From NCBI RefSeq assembly GCF_020745735.1, contig NC_083417.1:14384001-14448000 (forward strand): DNA of 64,000 bases. Reading direction: 5' to 3'. Made by a program: the position numbers and the translations under genes. Within the stretch, counting starts at the first letter, position 1. Each line of letters opens with the position of its first letter. The notes under the pieces were generated by a model. That model had not been told where the DNA came from, ran no database searches, and saw only the letters and a list, made by a program, of their open reading frames with translations. Of this stretch, positions 62,829 through 64,000 are shown one piece after another. Source of the DNA: Hemiscyllium ocellatum (taxonomy: Eukaryota).

Positions 62829-63103
62829 GATCTCATAACACCAGGTTATAATCCAACTGGTTTATTTAGAAGCACTAGCTTTTGGAGCTCTGCTCCTTCC
62901 ATCAGGTGGACGTGGAACGGGATCATAAGACACAGAATTTCTAGCAAAAATATTGTGTCTTATGATCCTATTCCACAACCACCTGATGAAGGAGCGGTGC
63001 TCCGAAAGCTAGAGCTTCCAAATAAACCTGTTGGATTATAACCTGGTGTTGTGTAATTTTTAACTTTGTCCACCCCAGTCCAACACCGGCACCTCCAAGT
63101 CAT
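62829..63103 (+). mobile_element. PLE-terminus palindromic mini-element (family 2)
   Basis: ~110-bp inverted arms around ~62940, tail on the right. No clear TSD. Confidence 0.85.
62979..63015 (+). ncRNA. Minimal type-I hammerhead ribozyme motif
   Basis: cac-CTGATGA (62983-62989)-A-GGAGC-GGT-GCTCC-GAAA (63004-63007)-GCTA: intact core, 5-bp stem II, palindromic AGCT. Confidence 0.78.
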
Positions 63104-63534
63104 GGCTAATATGAATTAAGACCATGCGACCTAAAAAAATATTTTCATTGAAATTCTGACAGAACATCCATTGTCAGGTTTGGATGTGTTTACTAGCTAT
63201 GTGTTCTCACCAACCTGTAAATAATCAGATATTGCTCTGAAGAAAATCAGTGGCACAGTGATATATTCACATTGTCTCCATCTCTTCAAGTTAACTTCAT
63301 AAAGATTTGGATGAGTAAAAAGTAGGGTGCGAACATATATAATAAAACAACAAAATTGTAAGACATATTGACATCCACTGATATCTATTTACATCTCTTT
63401 ATTTAAATTACCAACATCATTGAGGCGAGCTTCAATATAAAGTCTTATGATCAAAGGCCAGCCATTTGCAATAATCATGGAAAATTTATAGAATGTACTG
63501 TTCAACTCTAAAATTCCATGGTAAAAGTGGGAAG

Positions 63535-63655
63535 TGGTGGCAAATGGTACTGTGACTAGAATAGTAATCCAGAACCCCAGGCTAATGTCCTGGGGATAGG
63601 GGTTCGAATCCTAATACAGCAGATGGTGAAATCTGAATTCATTTCTTTAAAAAAA
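63535..63655 (+). mobile_element. SINE-B head
   Basis: tggtactgtgactagaatagtaatccaga...ggttcgaatcc. Confidence 0.6.
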
Positions 63656-63799
63656 AATCAGCATAAGAAATACGTTTGGTTAGGAAATTGGCTAGGTAGC
63701 ATAAGCCTATGAATAGGGACAATTGATTTGTACTCGCTTGGCTAATACCACTCCTCAGCTATTTCTGTTCAGGCCGTAACCATTCTCGATACTTATATA

Positions 63800-63990
63800 T
63801 GGAATGCACAGTCTGGAAATATGGTGGATACAAATACAATTGAGGCACTCAAGAGAGCATTGGATTATTATTTGAATGAAAATGGCACACAGGGATATGA
63901 GGAAAAGCCAGGAGATTGGCACAAGTAAATCCAACTGGTCCAGTCATGATAGGCTGAATGACTTCCTTCTGCACCGGAACAATTCTACGA
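63800..63990 (+). mobile_element. Old CR1 3' end
   Basis: tggaatgcacagtctgg...aggctgaatgacttccttctgcac. Confidence 0.55.
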
Positions 63991-64000
63991 TATTGTGAAA

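Noticed and set aside
62810-63125. TSD for the 62829 hairpin
   Set aside because: Only weak similarity between flanks (gctgttaagat vs gctaatatgaat), so no TSD is claimed.

Overview
Eukaryotic, AT-rich, repeat-dense non-coding DNA, almost certainly from a cartilaginous fish (inferred from HE1/V-SINE-type SINEs, Deu-domain SINEs and shark-type CR1 LINEs). I can support no intact host protein-coding gene, so this looks like a large intron or gene desert. Contents: (1) a decayed ~3.5 kb Penelope-like retroelement (PLE; RT + GIY-YIG, Neptune-like) with inverted termini, hammerhead ribozyme (HHR) motifs and a 17-bp target-site duplication (TSD); (2) about 15 miniature 70-330 bp elements made only of PLE termini from at least four sequence families, most of them fold-back palindromes with junctions at or near the HHR, a one-sided ~33-40 nt tail and often a 10-15 bp TSD, which is the most interesting system here; (3) about 20 CR1 fragments plus L2 and other LINE remnants; (4) three or four SINE families; (5) two Tigger/pogo-like MITEs, a solo LTR and a Harbinger Myb/SANT fossil; (6) several repeat-free, motif-rich islands that may be conserved enhancers. 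Family names come from motif recognition by eye, not database searches. Boundaries of degraded repeats are approximate.
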